From NCBI GenBank assembly GCA_963836045.1, contig CAWIIC010000016.1:886-64885 (forward strand): a stretch of 64,000 bases of DNA, read 5' to 3'. This document shows positions 1 to 9,699 of the stretch, piece by piece. The notes beneath the pieces are model-generated. The model ran no database searches. It was not told the DNA's origin and was given only the letters and a program-made list of their open reading frames with translations. The stretch comes from an uncultured Pseudomonadota bacterium. GTDB lineage: Bacteria; Chloroflexota; UBA5177; JAJPKF01. The position numbers and the translations under genes were made by a program. Numbering within the stretch: the stretch's first letter is position 1; each line of letters begins with the position of its first letter.

Positions 1-1
1 T

Positions 2-274
2 CTCGTAGCCTTCACGACGGGGCGAGGCTCGGTATTCGGCTGCCGGCCCGCACCGACCCTGAAGATCGCGACCACGAGCGGCCTCGCCGGACGAATGCCG
101 GGTGACATTGACATTGATGCCGGTCCGATCCTGGACGGGAAACCGGTCCAGGAGGTCGGACGCGAAATCTTCGATATGATGCTCGACGTCGCCTCCGGGA
201 CGCCGACGAAGAGCGAACGGCACGGGATCGGAGAAGAAGAGTTTAACCCGTGGATCATTGGAGCGATTTTGTAG
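2..274 (+). CDS. UxaA-family dehydratase (altronate/galactarate dehydratase-like), C-terminal part; 5' end outside window
   Basis: Frame 2 is open from the window edge to TAG 272-274. It reads LVAFTTGRGSVFGCRPAPTLKIATTS...DIDAGPILDGKPVQEVGREIFDMMLDVASGTPTKSERHGIGEEEFNPWIIGAIL. This matches the conserved UxaA C-terminal pattern as I remember it. It is not in the ORF track because no start lies in the window. Confidence 0.65.
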   Translation, partial: LVAFTTGRGSVFGCRPAPTLKIATTSGLAGRMPGDIDIDAGPILDGKPVQEVGREIFDMMLDVASGTPTKSERHGIGEEEFNPWIIGAIL

Positions 275-321
275 AGCAGTCGGACCTAGAGCGAACCGAA
301 GACAACCGGGAGGTAGTTTGC

Positions 322-1093
322 GTGCGGCTAAAAGACAAGACATGCATCATTACCGGGGCGGGCGGCGGGATGGGTCGGGTTGCGGTCGGTATGTTCTGCG
401 CCGAGGGCGCGAACGTTGTTGCCGCCGACCTGGACGAGACGGCTGGGCAGGAAGCGGTGAGGTTGGCCACTCGAGGCGGGGCCGGGAAGAGCAATATTTG
501 TCAAAGCCGATGTGTCGGCCGAGGGCGACTGCCGGCGCCTGACCGACGAGGCGTTGCGCACCTTCGACCGGCTCGATGTTCTGTACAACAACGCTGGAGT
601 AATGCCCGAGGCTGATCACTCGGTCGTCGACACACCGGTCGAGGTGTGGGAGAGGGTTCAACGGATAAATGTAGGAAGCTATTTTCTGTGCTCGAAGTAT
701 GCGGTACCCGCCATGATCAGCTCCGGCGGAGGTTCCGTGATCAACATCGCTTCGTTCGTGGCGCTCATGGGTTGCACGGTACCGCAAGATGCATACACGG
801 CATCCAAAGGAGCCATCATATCGCTCACCAGGTCGATGGCCGTCCAGTTTGGAGCCAAGGGAGTGCGCACCAACGCGATCTGCCCGGGTCCAATCGAGAC
901 CCCGCTGATGACTGAATGGCTGGTGGCCGAGCCGGCAGCATTACAGCTCCGCTTGAACCGGATACCGCTCGGCCGGCTGGGAAAGCCCGAAGAGGTAGTC
1001 CATCTAGCGGTCTACTTGGCGAGCGACGAGTCTACGTGGACGAACGGAGCCAGTATAGTTGTCGACGGCGGCATCAGCGTCAATTACTTCTAG
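322..1093 (+). pseudogene. SDR-family oxidoreductase interrupted by one frameshift
   Basis: GTG 322 follows GGGAGG (308-313). The Rossmann motif KTCIITGAGGGMG is in frame 1 (ORF 250..615). The remainder (FVKADVSAEGD...NNAGV...YTASKGAI...PGPIETP) is in frame 2 (ORF 512..1093). The frames swap at about 465-495, where frame 2 reads LEAGPGRAIFVKADVS. Confidence 0.8.
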
Positions 1094-1170
1094 CCACAAT
1101 TGGGGTGCTCGAGAAAGGCCTCCGGCGTGAAAATTGGACTCTCTCGGATGACGCGCTAGTCAGAAACTAA

Positions 1171-1731
1171 TTCGAAAATGAGTCGTCCGAGAATAGTCTC
1201 TCATCAATACGGCCCGCGACCCTTGGCCCAGAGGCGCCCATTTCATGCTTCGTGGTGGCCCGTCGGCATGGGTGGCTAGTTCGAAAATGGCGTTTGGAAT
1301 TCTCCACGGCGACCATCGTGCGGTAGCCCGGCGCTCCGTGGCCGGGGGGATGACGGCCGTCGTCAATATTCTGACTTCCCGCCTCAAAACCAAGCGACCA
1401 ACGGAGCCACTTTCATGCTCCGTGTGGCCGCAGGCCATAGCAATCTAGTTCGAAAATGACCGATCCGAAATGACTGTCTCCATAGGCTTACGACCCCGAT
1501 CGGGCTCCTATTTTCATGCTTCGTGGTGGCCCTTAGGCATGGGTGGCTACTTGGAAACGTAGCGCGACATCAATGACGCCCCGGGATGTGGGCTTGGACC
1601 GGTAGGGGCGACATTTATGACGCCCGGCGATGTCGGTGGTCGCATAATGCTGGCGAAGCGAGGTGCAGCGTCTGGAAACCACCAGCCCTACTTTCGTACT
1701 TCGTGGTGCCGGTAACGACATGGATGACTGA
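1171..1731 (+). repeat. Intergenic composite repeat, locus A: type I unit (1171-1279), type II/I hybrid (1280-1448), type I unit (1449-1550), divergent unit with type I-like tail (1551-1731)
   Basis: Units are joined at CTAGTTCGAAAATG. They share CCGARAATGRCTGTCTC...GGCTTA.GACCC...CTATTTTCATGCTTCGTGGTGGCCC..GGCATGGGTGGCTA with copies at 46316-46551, 51017-51222 and 51547-51770. The array ends exactly at the stop codon of the minus-strand GS-like gene (1732). Confidence 0.85.
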
Positions 1732-3138
1732 TTAGGCGCGCTCGAAGAATCGCTCGCGCTCCCAGCAGGTGACTGCTTCGTCGAACTTTCGCTGCTCGGT
1801 CCTGAAGAAGTGCGCGTAGTGTTCGACGACATCCTCGCCAAACGCCTCGCGAGCAATCGTGCTCTTCTCGAATTCGACTGTCGCCTCTCGCAGAGATTTC
1901 GGGATCCTGGGAAGGCTGGCGGCGGCGTAGATGTCGCCGTCGAAGACTGGCGGCGGCTCGACCCTGTGTTCAATGCCATGGAGGCCCGAGGCGATGACCG
2001 CCGCGTACACGATATATGGGTTCGCATCCGCGCCTGGTATCCGGCACTCAATTCGCAGGGACGCTCCTTCACCGACAACGCGGAATCCTGCCGTACGGTT
2101 GTCTACACTCCAGGCAATCCCGGTTGGCGCAAAGGAGCCTTCTTGAAACCGTTTATAGGAGTTAATGGAGGCGCATAGCAGGCAGTCATCTCGCGTGCCG
2201 CGCTTATCAAGCCTCCGAGAAACCAGCGAAACGTGTCGCTCGCTGCGGACCGATCCGAGATCCTGACTGCCTGGAAAGCAGCTCTCTCCAGTCGTTGCGT
2301 CTGAGAGGCTGACATGCACGTGCATGCTGGATCCGGCTAAATTCTCGTCCCATTTCGCCATGAAGGTTACGGCTTTGCCCCGGGAGAATGCGATGTCCTT
2401 TGCCGCCTGTTTGTAGATGACGTTGGCGTCCGATTGTTGGAGAGGATCCGAGTAACGAAGATTGATCTCCTGCTGGCCCGGACCCCACTCGCCTTTACTG
2501 AATTCGACCGGAACTCCACTGGCCTCCAGTGATTCGCGAATGCTGCCGATGACATCCTCCTCTTTTGTCGACTGGAAGATGTGATAATCCTCGACGTACC
2601 GCCCCGTGGTTTTGAGGTCGTGGTATCGCTTCTCGGCAGCTGACTCGTAGCTCTCATTGAACAGGTAGAACTCCAGCTCGGACCCGGAGTTAACTGAGAA
2701 CCCCATTTCTCGAGCCCGGTCGAGCTGCTTTCGAAGCATGTGACGGGGAGCGACAGAGACGGCTTCGTTGTTTGGGTCACCGTAGACGTCGCACAGTACC
2801 AGGGCGGTGCGGGGAAGCCAGGCCGCGCGTCGTAAACTCTTCAGATCGCACACGAGATGTACATCGCCGTATCCCGTGTCCCAGCTGGCGAAAGAATACC
2901 CGGGTACCGGATCCATCTCCATGTCCGAGGCCAGGAGATAATCGCAGACGTGAAGCCCCTTGTCCGCTACCGAGTCCAGGAAGAACCTTCCGGTTATTCT
3001 CTTTCCCAGCAGGCGCCCGTACATATCGGGAAAAACTGCCAGCACAGATGTTAGCTCGCCGCGCTCGGTCTCGTCCCGGACTTCGTCCAGTGTGAGCATC
3101 CCTCGCTGCGGGAGGTCGCCTGATGACCCGCCACTCAC
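1732..3138 (-). CDS. Glutamine synthetase family protein (GlnA-like catalytic domain) containing an internal out-of-frame stretch
   Basis: 468-aa ORF with GS motifs GSSMHVHVSLSD, NSYKRF, DNRTAGFRVV and RIPGADANPY. Between about 2275 and 2170 the GS-like sequence (SDTFRWFLGGLISAAREMTACYAP) lies in a different frame (ORF 2103..2315). See findings. Confidence 0.8.
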   Translation of the reverse strand: MSGGSSGDLPQRGMLTLDEVRDETERGELTSVLAVFPDMYGRLLGKRITGRFFLDSVADKGLHVCDYLLASDMEMDPVPGYSFASWDTGYGDVHLVCDLKSLRRAAWLPRTALVLCDVYGDPNNEAVSVAPRHMLRKQLDRAREMGFSVNSGSELEFYLFNESYESAAEKRYHDLKTTGRYVEDYHIFQSTKEEDVIGSIRESLEASGVPVEFSKGEWGPGQQEINLRYSDPLQQSDANVIYKQAAKDIAFSRGKAVTFMAKWDENLAGSSMHVHVSLSDATTGESCFPGSQDLGSVRSERHVSLVSRRLDKRGTRDDCLLCASINSYKRFQEGSFAPTGIAWSVDNRTAGFRVVGEGASLRIECRIPGADANPYIVYAAVIASGLHGIEHRVEPPPVFDGDIYAAASLPRIPKSLREATVEFEKSTIAREAFGEDVVEHYAHFFRTEQRKFDEAVTCWERERFFERA

Positions 3139-3589
3139 CTACTCACCCCCCTTGCAAGGCACTGCTCCCGAACCCGCTTGCGCAAAACACCCAAGTCTAC
3201 CCTCGGACCAGACTTCCGCGGTAGAAAGCGAGAACGCCCCCATGGATCCTCGAGGTATGCTGCCGAATCCAGGCGGTTGGTGATCGAGAGGGTGAAGCCC
3301 CTGTTGGTTACGGCCGTCGCGCGGATGGTGCCGGGCTGGAGGACGCGCGGCGCTGAGGCCCGATCGCGGATTTAGTGATCAGCCGGCATCAGCCGAACAG
3401 TAAGCGCAGTAAAACGATTTGGCTTGGACCCTTCAAGCCAGGTCTCTGATAGCCCTGGCTTGATACAGCAGTCCAAGGGTACTCGCACGATGGAACCCGT
3501 ACTCAACGGTTTGCGGGCAAATCGCCACTCACCTCAGTCCATTGGGTGCTGGACGCGTGGCGACAGCTCAGCTTTGTGGGTGGCCGCGA

Positions 3590-4276
3590 TTAAGCCCTGC
3601 GAACCTCGATGTTGAAATCGGGCGTACCGAGTGTCTGCATAAGCGTCAGCCAGAGCGGGATGTACATCTCCAGGCCTCGGGCCGCACGAATGCCGCCCAC
3701 GTCAATGATGCTGCCGTCAGGCCACCCGAACCCGCGCAGAATGTCGCGTACAGTCTTTTTCGCTTCGTCGTCATCGCCGGCCACGAAGATGCTGTGCTCG
3801 CCCGGCACGAGCGACGGCTCGGTCATGATGCGGGCATTGACTGTGTTCAGGCTTTTGACCACCTTCGTCGATGGATAGGTCCTTTGTATCTGTTCAGCCA
3901 CGCTATCGGTGTTGCAAACGGACAGCGTGGGCGGGAAACCATGCGAGAAGTCGAGCGGGTTGCAAACATCGATCAACACCTTGCCGGCCAGGTTCTGCGG
4001 GCCAGCCTCGGCCAGCACGATCAGAGAAGCGGACCCGCCCGTGGCGTTGACGACCAGCTCTGCACCCTGAGCGGCTGCCGAATATGCTTGCAAGCCGATA
4101 TCAGTGTTCTCCTCCCGCCAGGCAGCATACGGCGGATTGCCCATCTGGTCGGTCTCAGTCCGAGCCATCGTCTGGACAGGGTCTCGGGTCCCGATCACCA
4201 CATCGTGGCCGTTGCGAGCGAGACCCCGAGCAATCGTTCGTCCGACGACTCCGGTTCCAAGAACGGCAATTTTCAT
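3590..4276 (-). CDS. NAD(P)-binding oxidoreductase of the COG2085 / NADPH-dependent F420 reductase-like family
   Basis: MKIAVLGTGVVGRTIARGLARNGHDVVIGTRDP is a dinucleotide-binding N-terminus. Start chosen at ATG 4276 (MKIAV) rather than the ORF-track start at 4294. Size and layout fit this family. Confidence 0.6.
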   Translation of the reverse strand: MKIAVLGTGVVGRTIARGLARNGHDVVIGTRDPVQTMARTETDQMGNPPYAAWREENTDIGLQAYSAAAQGAELVVNATGGSASLIVLAEAGPQNLAGKVLIDVCNPLDFSHGFPPTLSVCNTDSVAEQIQRTYPSTKVVKSLNTVNARIMTEPSLVPGEHSIFVAGDDDEAKKTVRDILRGFGWPDGSIIDVGGIRAARGLEMYIPLWLTLMQTLGTPDFNIEVRRA

Positions 4277-4685
4277 GCAGGTCGATTCTAGCAAGCCCGA
4301 CGGCGAAAAAGCGCTGCGACTGTGGTCCAGGTTTCACCGTAACGTCATAGCCTTGGCTGTCGGCATGGCTTGCTCATGTCCCTGATGCCGAGTTGATCTG
4401 ATCGAGATCGAACCCCAGGCGCCGATTAACGACAAGTCTGCACACCAGGTACCCATCGAAGCCGCACCGCCGAGATGGACCTGCGCCAGCTAGAGCCATA
4501 AAGCACCGCGAACAGAGCCGTCCGACCCACTAAAGCCGGCAGCGCCATTTCTGGCGCCGTTATTGGCCTCCCGCCGATCGCAGAAAATGTCCGTCTTTTC
4601 GTCACCTATATAGAGAAAATAAACGAACAAACTATCGATGTTCCCCCACCCCGCATCCCCACCGCCGGGCCGGCGCGGGAGCCCA

Positions 4686-6443
4686 CTACATGTGCACGAG
4701 CAAGGCATGCTGGCGGGCGAGGTCCCGAGCCACGATGCCGGCGTGCATCGCCTCCTCCAGCCGTTCCGCCTGCCGCAGCAGCTCCTGGAACGCGTCGCGA
4801 CGCAGACTGTACAGCTCAACCGGGCCGACCGCGCGTACCGTCGCCGTCCGCGGGACGTCCCGCAGCAGCGCGATCTCCCCAAAGTAGTCTCCCGCGGATC
4901 TCCTGATTACCCGCGTCGCCCCGTTACCACCTCCATCCGCCAGCACCTCCACCGTCCCATGCCGGATGATGTAGAACCGGTCCCCCTCGTCCCCCACCCG
5001 GATGATCGTGTGGGCCGCGGGGACCTGCTCCACCTCGAAGCGGGCCGCAAGCTCGTCGAGGAGGGAGAACGGCACGGCGGTGAGGATCGGCACCTGACGC
5101 AGGAAGAGGCGAACGCCCAGCACGCGCTGCAAGCGGAGCAGTAAGGGCAGGGACACGGCCAGGAGTAGAAGGCCGGCAGCCGCGATGAGCACGTCGGCCG
5201 CCCGCGCGCCGAACGCGTTGATCAGTGGGCCGATGACGAGCGAGCCGCTCACCATTGCGAACATGAGCCCCGACTCCAGGGCGCCAAAGACGCTGCCGAG
5301 CGAGCCGGCCGGCGTCGCCGCCTGAATGACGGTGGTCGCGATGACCCTGGTAAACACGTCGCCCACCCCGATGACAAACAGACAGAAGAAGGGCAGAACG
5401 AAGCTGGGACTCACGCCGAAGAGCGCTAGAGCGAGAGAGCTGGCCGCAGCGCCGGCTATGAATAGCGTGGTCACGCCCAGCCGCCTGACCGCCGCACCGA
5501 CTGCGAACCCACTCAACACACCGCCAACCGCGTAGACGGTCATCAGATAGCCAAGCCCCCCGTCGCCGTAATGGAAGACCCGTTCCACCATCACTGTTGA
5601 GATGGCCCACCACGCACCGTTCGCCAGGCTAAGGCCGGCGACGGCCAGCCCAACGCCCAGGAGCGCTCCTTCCTCTTCCTTATAGAGAAAGCGAAAGCCG
5701 GCCAGGACGTCGGACATCCAGTTGGATCCTGCCGTTAGCTCAGGTCTCTTCTGGTCTGGGAGGGAGACCAGAGCAAGGGCCAGCGTCGCGCCCAGCAGCC
5801 CGATCCCTCCTGCCAGGAAGGCCACCTGCACGCTGCTGACGGCGAGGATGAGCCCCGCGATCGCTGGTCCTACTCCGATCGCCAGCATGTCGACCTGGCT
5901 GAGCAAGGCATTCGCCTGGACCAGATCCCGCTCCTCCACCATCTCTGGCAGGGAGGCCAGCAAGGCCGGACGAAACAGACTCGAGAGCAGGCTGGCAACG
6001 AACACTAGGACAAAGGCCAGCGGAAGGAGCGAGCGAGACTGGACGGCAACCAGCCCGAAGAGACACAGTGCCCGACCGCCCGTTGCCCCAACCATGAGCC
6101 GCTGGCGATTCACCCGATCGGCAATCACGCCGGACACCGGGACCAGCACGGCGTACGGCAAGAGGCGCGTGAAGGTGAGCAGCGCGACAATGGTGGCCGA
6201 ATGCGTCAGACGGTAGGCGAGTACCAACAGGGCCACCACGTAAAGCCAGTCGATGATCGCCGAAAGGCTCCCTGCGGCAAAGACCAGCGACAGCCTGCGA
6301 TTGCCTCGCAGCACCGCGTAAGGGCCGAGGACGCGATGGAGCCCGGAGAGGGGCTGCGCGTGGCCGCTATCCGGCTGAGGTGCCTGCTCTTTCGCCCGCG
6401 TCGCCGCCCTCCTTCCTGTGTCCTTCGTGCCTAGGCCCCGCAC
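4686..6443 (-). CDS. MFS transporter fused to a C-terminal cyclic-nucleotide-binding domain
   Basis: 585-aa ORF. About 12 hydrophobic segments are followed by FEVEQVPAAHTIIRVGDEGDRFYIIRHGTVEV...GDYFGEIALLRDVPRTATVRAV, a cNMP-binding fold signature. The true start is uncertain because the N-terminal 40 aa are Arg/Ala-rich. Confidence 0.8.
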   Translation of the reverse strand: MRGLGTKDTGRRAATRAKEQAPQPDSGHAQPLSGLHRVLGPYAVLRGNRRLSLVFAAGSLSAIIDWLYVVALLVLAYRLTHSATIVALLTFTRLLPYAVLVPVSGVIADRVNRQRLMVGATGGRALCLFGLVAVQSRSLLPLAFVLVFVASLLSSLFRPALLASLPEMVEERDLVQANALLSQVDMLAIGVGPAIAGLILAVSSVQVAFLAGGIGLLGATLALALVSLPDQKRPELTAGSNWMSDVLAGFRFLYKEEEGALLGVGLAVAGLSLANGAWWAISTVMVERVFHYGDGGLGYLMTVYAVGGVLSGFAVGAAVRRLGVTTLFIAGAAASSLALALFGVSPSFVLPFFCLFVIGVGDVFTRVIATTVIQAATPAGSLGSVFGALESGLMFAMVSGSLVIGPLINAFGARAADVLIAAAGLLLLAVSLPLLLRLQRVLGVRLFLRQVPILTAVPFSLLDELAARFEVEQVPAAHTIIRVGDEGDRFYIIRHGTVEVLADGGGNGATRVIRRSAGDYFGEIALLRDVPRTATVRAVGPVELYSLRRDAFQELLRQAERLEEAMHAGIVARDLARQHALLVHM

Positions 6444-6660
6444 TCGCCACTTTGCAGAACGGACTTCGCCCGCTAAGCTCGCCCGCTAAGCTTCGCCCCC
6501 TATTAAGAAGAAGCTGGCAGAGCCGATCGTGCGGTCCCTTCCTGGATTCACTCGTACCGCTGCGGCTGTATCGCCGCGCTGCTCCTATTCTCGCGAAGAT
6601 CCTCCCGGTAATGGTGTCTTTTCTGACCTAGCTCTGGGGAGCTGGGACTACATGCTTGCC

Positions 6661-7230
6661 CTATAAAGTGTTTCTAACCTGATCAAAGACGCGGTTACAA
6701 GCAGTCATAGAACTCTGCACACAGAAGACGCCATAGCTGCGAAAGGTTTGCCTCACGCCGTTTCCCGTCAGGGTGAAGTTTTTGACGACGTAGGTGCCGG
6801 GCCGGTCGGCGACCATTCCTATCACGAGGTTGACATATTGAGTCGGCTTTTGGGGCGGCAATCGATAGCCCTTGATAGGCATGTCTTTCCACCCGGTTCG
6901 ATCGCCCCCAGGCGGCCAGTTCGTAGCGGCGAAGAAGTTGCCACCCCTCGTCTCTACGACTTCGTGTGTAAGTCGAACATGATCCGGGACTTGAAATCTG
7001 ACTGTGGACAAGGTCACAGGATGATCGGTCTCGTTGATGATCGTGAGGAAGTAGTCGAAGGTTTGACCAACGCGCACGTGGGGCTGCATGATGCCGTCCA
7101 CGTTCGGTGCGTGCATGAGAGGCTCGGGCCCGGAAAAGAAGATTGAACGGATCGCTAGAGCTGCCGCGGCGATAACCGCTAGCGCTGCAAGCACGGTGAG
7201 CCCCAGCGTGATCAAGCGCTTGTTCCGCAA
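6661..7230 (-). CDS. Hypothetical membrane-anchored or secreted protein
   Basis: 189-aa ORF with the N-terminal hydrophobic helix LITLGLTVLAALAVIAAAALAI. No family recognised. Confidence 0.5.
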   Translation of the reverse strand: MRNKRLITLGLTVLAALAVIAAAALAIRSIFFSGPEPLMHAPNVDGIMQPHVRVGQTFDYFLTIINETDHPVTLSTVRFQVPDHVRLTHEVVETRGGNFFAATNWPPGGDRTGWKDMPIKGYRLPPQKPTQYVNLVIGMVADRPGTYVVKNFTLTGNGVRQTFRSYGVFCVQSSMTACNRVFDQVRNTL

Positions 7231-7552
7231 AGCTCAACCCTTGGATAGCTATCGAATCACAGCCTACCACGATCTCGCTCCGTCTTACGCATCGTTCCGA
7301 GATTCCGCCTTCCTAATCCACCTGGGACACCGTCACGCGCCCACCGCCCAATCTCGCAATGCGCTCGTCTACCCGGCTCCCCTAGCCAACGCGGCAGTAC
7401 CTCCGCCAAGATGCGTTTGCTCCTGCAACATCCCGTCCAGCATGCGCAGAGCCCGGCTTATGAGCTGCCTCTCGTGACAGCCCACAGTCGTGGCTCACTT
7501 TTAGGGTACGCCTGTGTGCCCCCGCCTTCGTACCGAGGAGTCGTCGCTCTGA

Positions 7553-7942
7553 CTAGCCCTTCACGTAACCTAGCGACTCCGCGACCTTGCCCTCTGCCAC
7601 GCGCATCACATCCACGCCGCGGACGTGTCCCGGCTGTCCTTGCGCATCCGTCCAACGATAGAGCCATCGGACGACCGCCCGATCGTCCCACGCAACCATT
7701 TCCTCGATCTCGAAAGTCGCCGCCGGCGAGGAGGAAAAAAACGTCTCCCAGGCAGCGCGCACAGCGGCGGCTCCCTCATACCGCAGACCGTCTGGAGGAG
7801 GATAAGGCAGCTCAGCGATGCAGTTATCAGTCATCGCGGCCATGACGGCGTCGGCATCTCGCCTATTGAAAGCGTCATGGAACGTCCGAACTGCAGCGAG
7901 TGTTGCTTCTGAACGCAACTCGGGACCACTGTGATCCTGCAT
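7553..7942 (-). CDS. SnoaL-like / NTF2-fold protein
   Basis: 129 aa. AAVRTFHDAFNRRDADAVMAAMTDNC...WDDRAVVRW..RWTD...HVRGVDVMRV.EGKV is the typical SnoaL-like layout. Confidence 0.7.
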   Translation of the reverse strand: MQDHSGPELRSEATLAAVRTFHDAFNRRDADAVMAAMTDNCIAELPYPPPDGLRYEGAAAVRAAWETFFSSSPAATFEIEEMVAWDDRAVVRWLYRWTDAQGQPGHVRGVDVMRVAEGKVAESLGYVKG

Positions 7943-8391
7943 ATCTCCCTACCTCCTTGGATCATACCCGACATTTGCGTCCACGTCGCCGGCAGCTACC
8001 TGTGGTCATGAACTAGGAGATGGTCGCTGCCGCACCTTCTCAGATAATTCCGCTGGGCAAGGCGGTGGCATTTATGGGCATGGCGGCGCCATCACTGCCG
8101 CGCCCAGCATAATCGCCGGCAACTCGGGCGGAAACTGCGGTTCTTCTCTCGGGGTCTCTGCTGCCCTCGACAGGCACAGTTGGTGCTTCACGATTCCTGA
8201 CGAATGACCTCACGAAGTCCGTCCGGGCGCAGCGGGCTGGAAGCTCAACGCGAGACATTCACCATGGCGACCTTGTCTACAGCACGGAGCCAAGAAGGTC
8301 TGGCCGTCCTGATGTCGCGCGGGCGGAGAACCAGTTCGGCATCACGGCCAAACGTCGAGGCCTGTCCCACGGCATGCTGGCTTCACGAGAG

Positions 8392-9699
8392 CTAGGTCAG
8401 TGGCACTGGCAGTAACCTGACGCTATGCACGATCCGGTGAATCCTGAAATGGTAGCGGTTGCCGCGACTTGTGACCAGTTCTCGATTGAGCTGCCTCCCC
8501 GCACCGCACACGTTGAAGCCGGCTACGCGCCGGGTAGAGCGCCAGGCCAGGTAGGTCCATCCCCGAGCGAACCGCTTAGTCAGTCGAGCAAAGGCGACCG
8601 AGGTCGCGCTGTCCTGAAGCTCGAACGCGCCGATGTCACAGGACGATTCTGTGGCATCCGGTCGGACCATACCGCGCTGATCCGTTGACGGGCATAGACT
8701 CGCCGACGTCGGGATCACGTCGACGGCGGGGCTGGAGGAGGGCAGCGCCTCGGTTCGAGTCTTTCCGCCATTGTTGGCGAGCGCTTGGAGCTGCGGGTCG
8801 GTGTTAACGAGGTCGTTGTTGGCGGCGCTGAATCCGCAGGCTGTACCGTCACTGTCCGTCAGGTTGTAGCCCAGGTCGGTCGCGGTTTGGCTGCAGGAGC
8901 CCCGAGGGTTGTTAACGATGATGTCGCCGCCAAGGCTCATGTTCCCACTTGCTGCGGCGATCTGTTCTTGACCGAGGTTGGAATCAAAGGTGCTGTTGGT
9001 GACGGTTGCAGGGGCATCCGATTGAATCCCACCGGCAATGCGAGAAGTGTTTCCATTGAAGGTGCTGTTGGTGATGGTCAACGAGCCCGTGTTCTCGAAG
9101 ATTGCACCCGCACTTTCGCCGGCCGCGTTGTTGGCGAAGGTACTGCCCGAGACGCTGAAGGTCCCGGACGTATCGTAGATGGCGGCGCCTGCCTTCGATG
9201 CGAAATTTCCGTCAAAGGAGCTGTCCACCACCATGAGCGCGGTTCCGGCGGAGTCGATGGCCCCACCGTATTGAACGCCTCCACCATTGTCAAAGGTCAG
9301 CCCGTTCACGACGAAGGTTTGGCCGCTGTTCACAATGAACAACTCAGCCGTACCACTCCCGTCGAACGTGATCGGCTGCGGCGAGGCGGAGGCGTCGAGC
9401 GTCACGCTCTGACTGATCGTGATGGTAGTGGAAAACGGGACGGTCGTTGCGGTGAGGCAAGAGAGCGTAACCGTCCCCCCGCTCCCCGCCGACGTTATTT
9501 CGCTCTGAAGGTCGCTCTCGCTGGCCGGACACACACCGGCCGCCAGCGCTCGCCCAGGATGAGCCGTGACCATAGTAGTGAGGGTCAAAGACAACGCGAG
9601 CGCTATGGTGACGATCGGCTTGACATTCGGCCAGCGGCGATTCCGGCCGGTGGCGCCGATGCACGTCTGGAGTTGGGGGTCTGCCGAGATCATTGTCAT
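8392..9699 (-). CDS. Secreted right-handed beta-helix protein with choice-of-anchor-Q-type motif and a C-terminal about 70-aa module
   Basis: Signal-like IALALSLTLTTMVTAHPGRALA. Repeated GGAI/AGAI...N.TF.GN beta-helix turns. LANNGGKTRTEALPSSSPAVDV...CPSTDQRGMVRPDATESSCDIGAFE is the motif I associate with choice-of-anchor Q domains. Confidence 0.7.
   Translation of the reverse strand: MTMISADPQLQTCIGATGRNRRWPNVKPIVTIALALSLTLTTMVTAHPGRALAAGVCPASESDLQSEITSAGSGGTVTLSCLTATTVPFSTTITISQSVTLDASASPQPITFDGSGTAELFIVNSGQTFVVNGLTFDNGGGVQYGGAIDSAGTALMVVDSSFDGNFASKAGAAIYDTSGTFSVSGSTFANNAAGESAGAIFENTGSLTITNSTFNGNTSRIAGGIQSDAPATVTNSTFDSNLGQEQIAAASGNMSLGGDIIVNNPRGSCSQTATDLGYNLTDSDGTACGFSAANNDLVNTDPQLQALANNGGKTRTEALPSSSPAVDVIPTSASLCPSTDQRGMVRPDATESSCDIGAFELQDSATSVAFARLTKRFARGWTYLAWRSTRRVAGFNVCGAGRQLNRELVTSRGNRYHFRIHRIVHSVRLLPVPLT

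Noticed and set aside
3542-4291. 249-aa plus-strand ORF covering the reductase-like gene.
   Set aside because: It is antisense to a gene with a clear dinucleotide-binding N-terminus. The composition (Arg/Ala/Gly-rich, no motifs) is typical of high-GC shadow ORFs.
7411-7845. 144-aa plus-strand ORF, Pro/Arg-rich.
   Set aside because: It is antisense to the well-supported SnoaL-like gene and has low-complexity composition.
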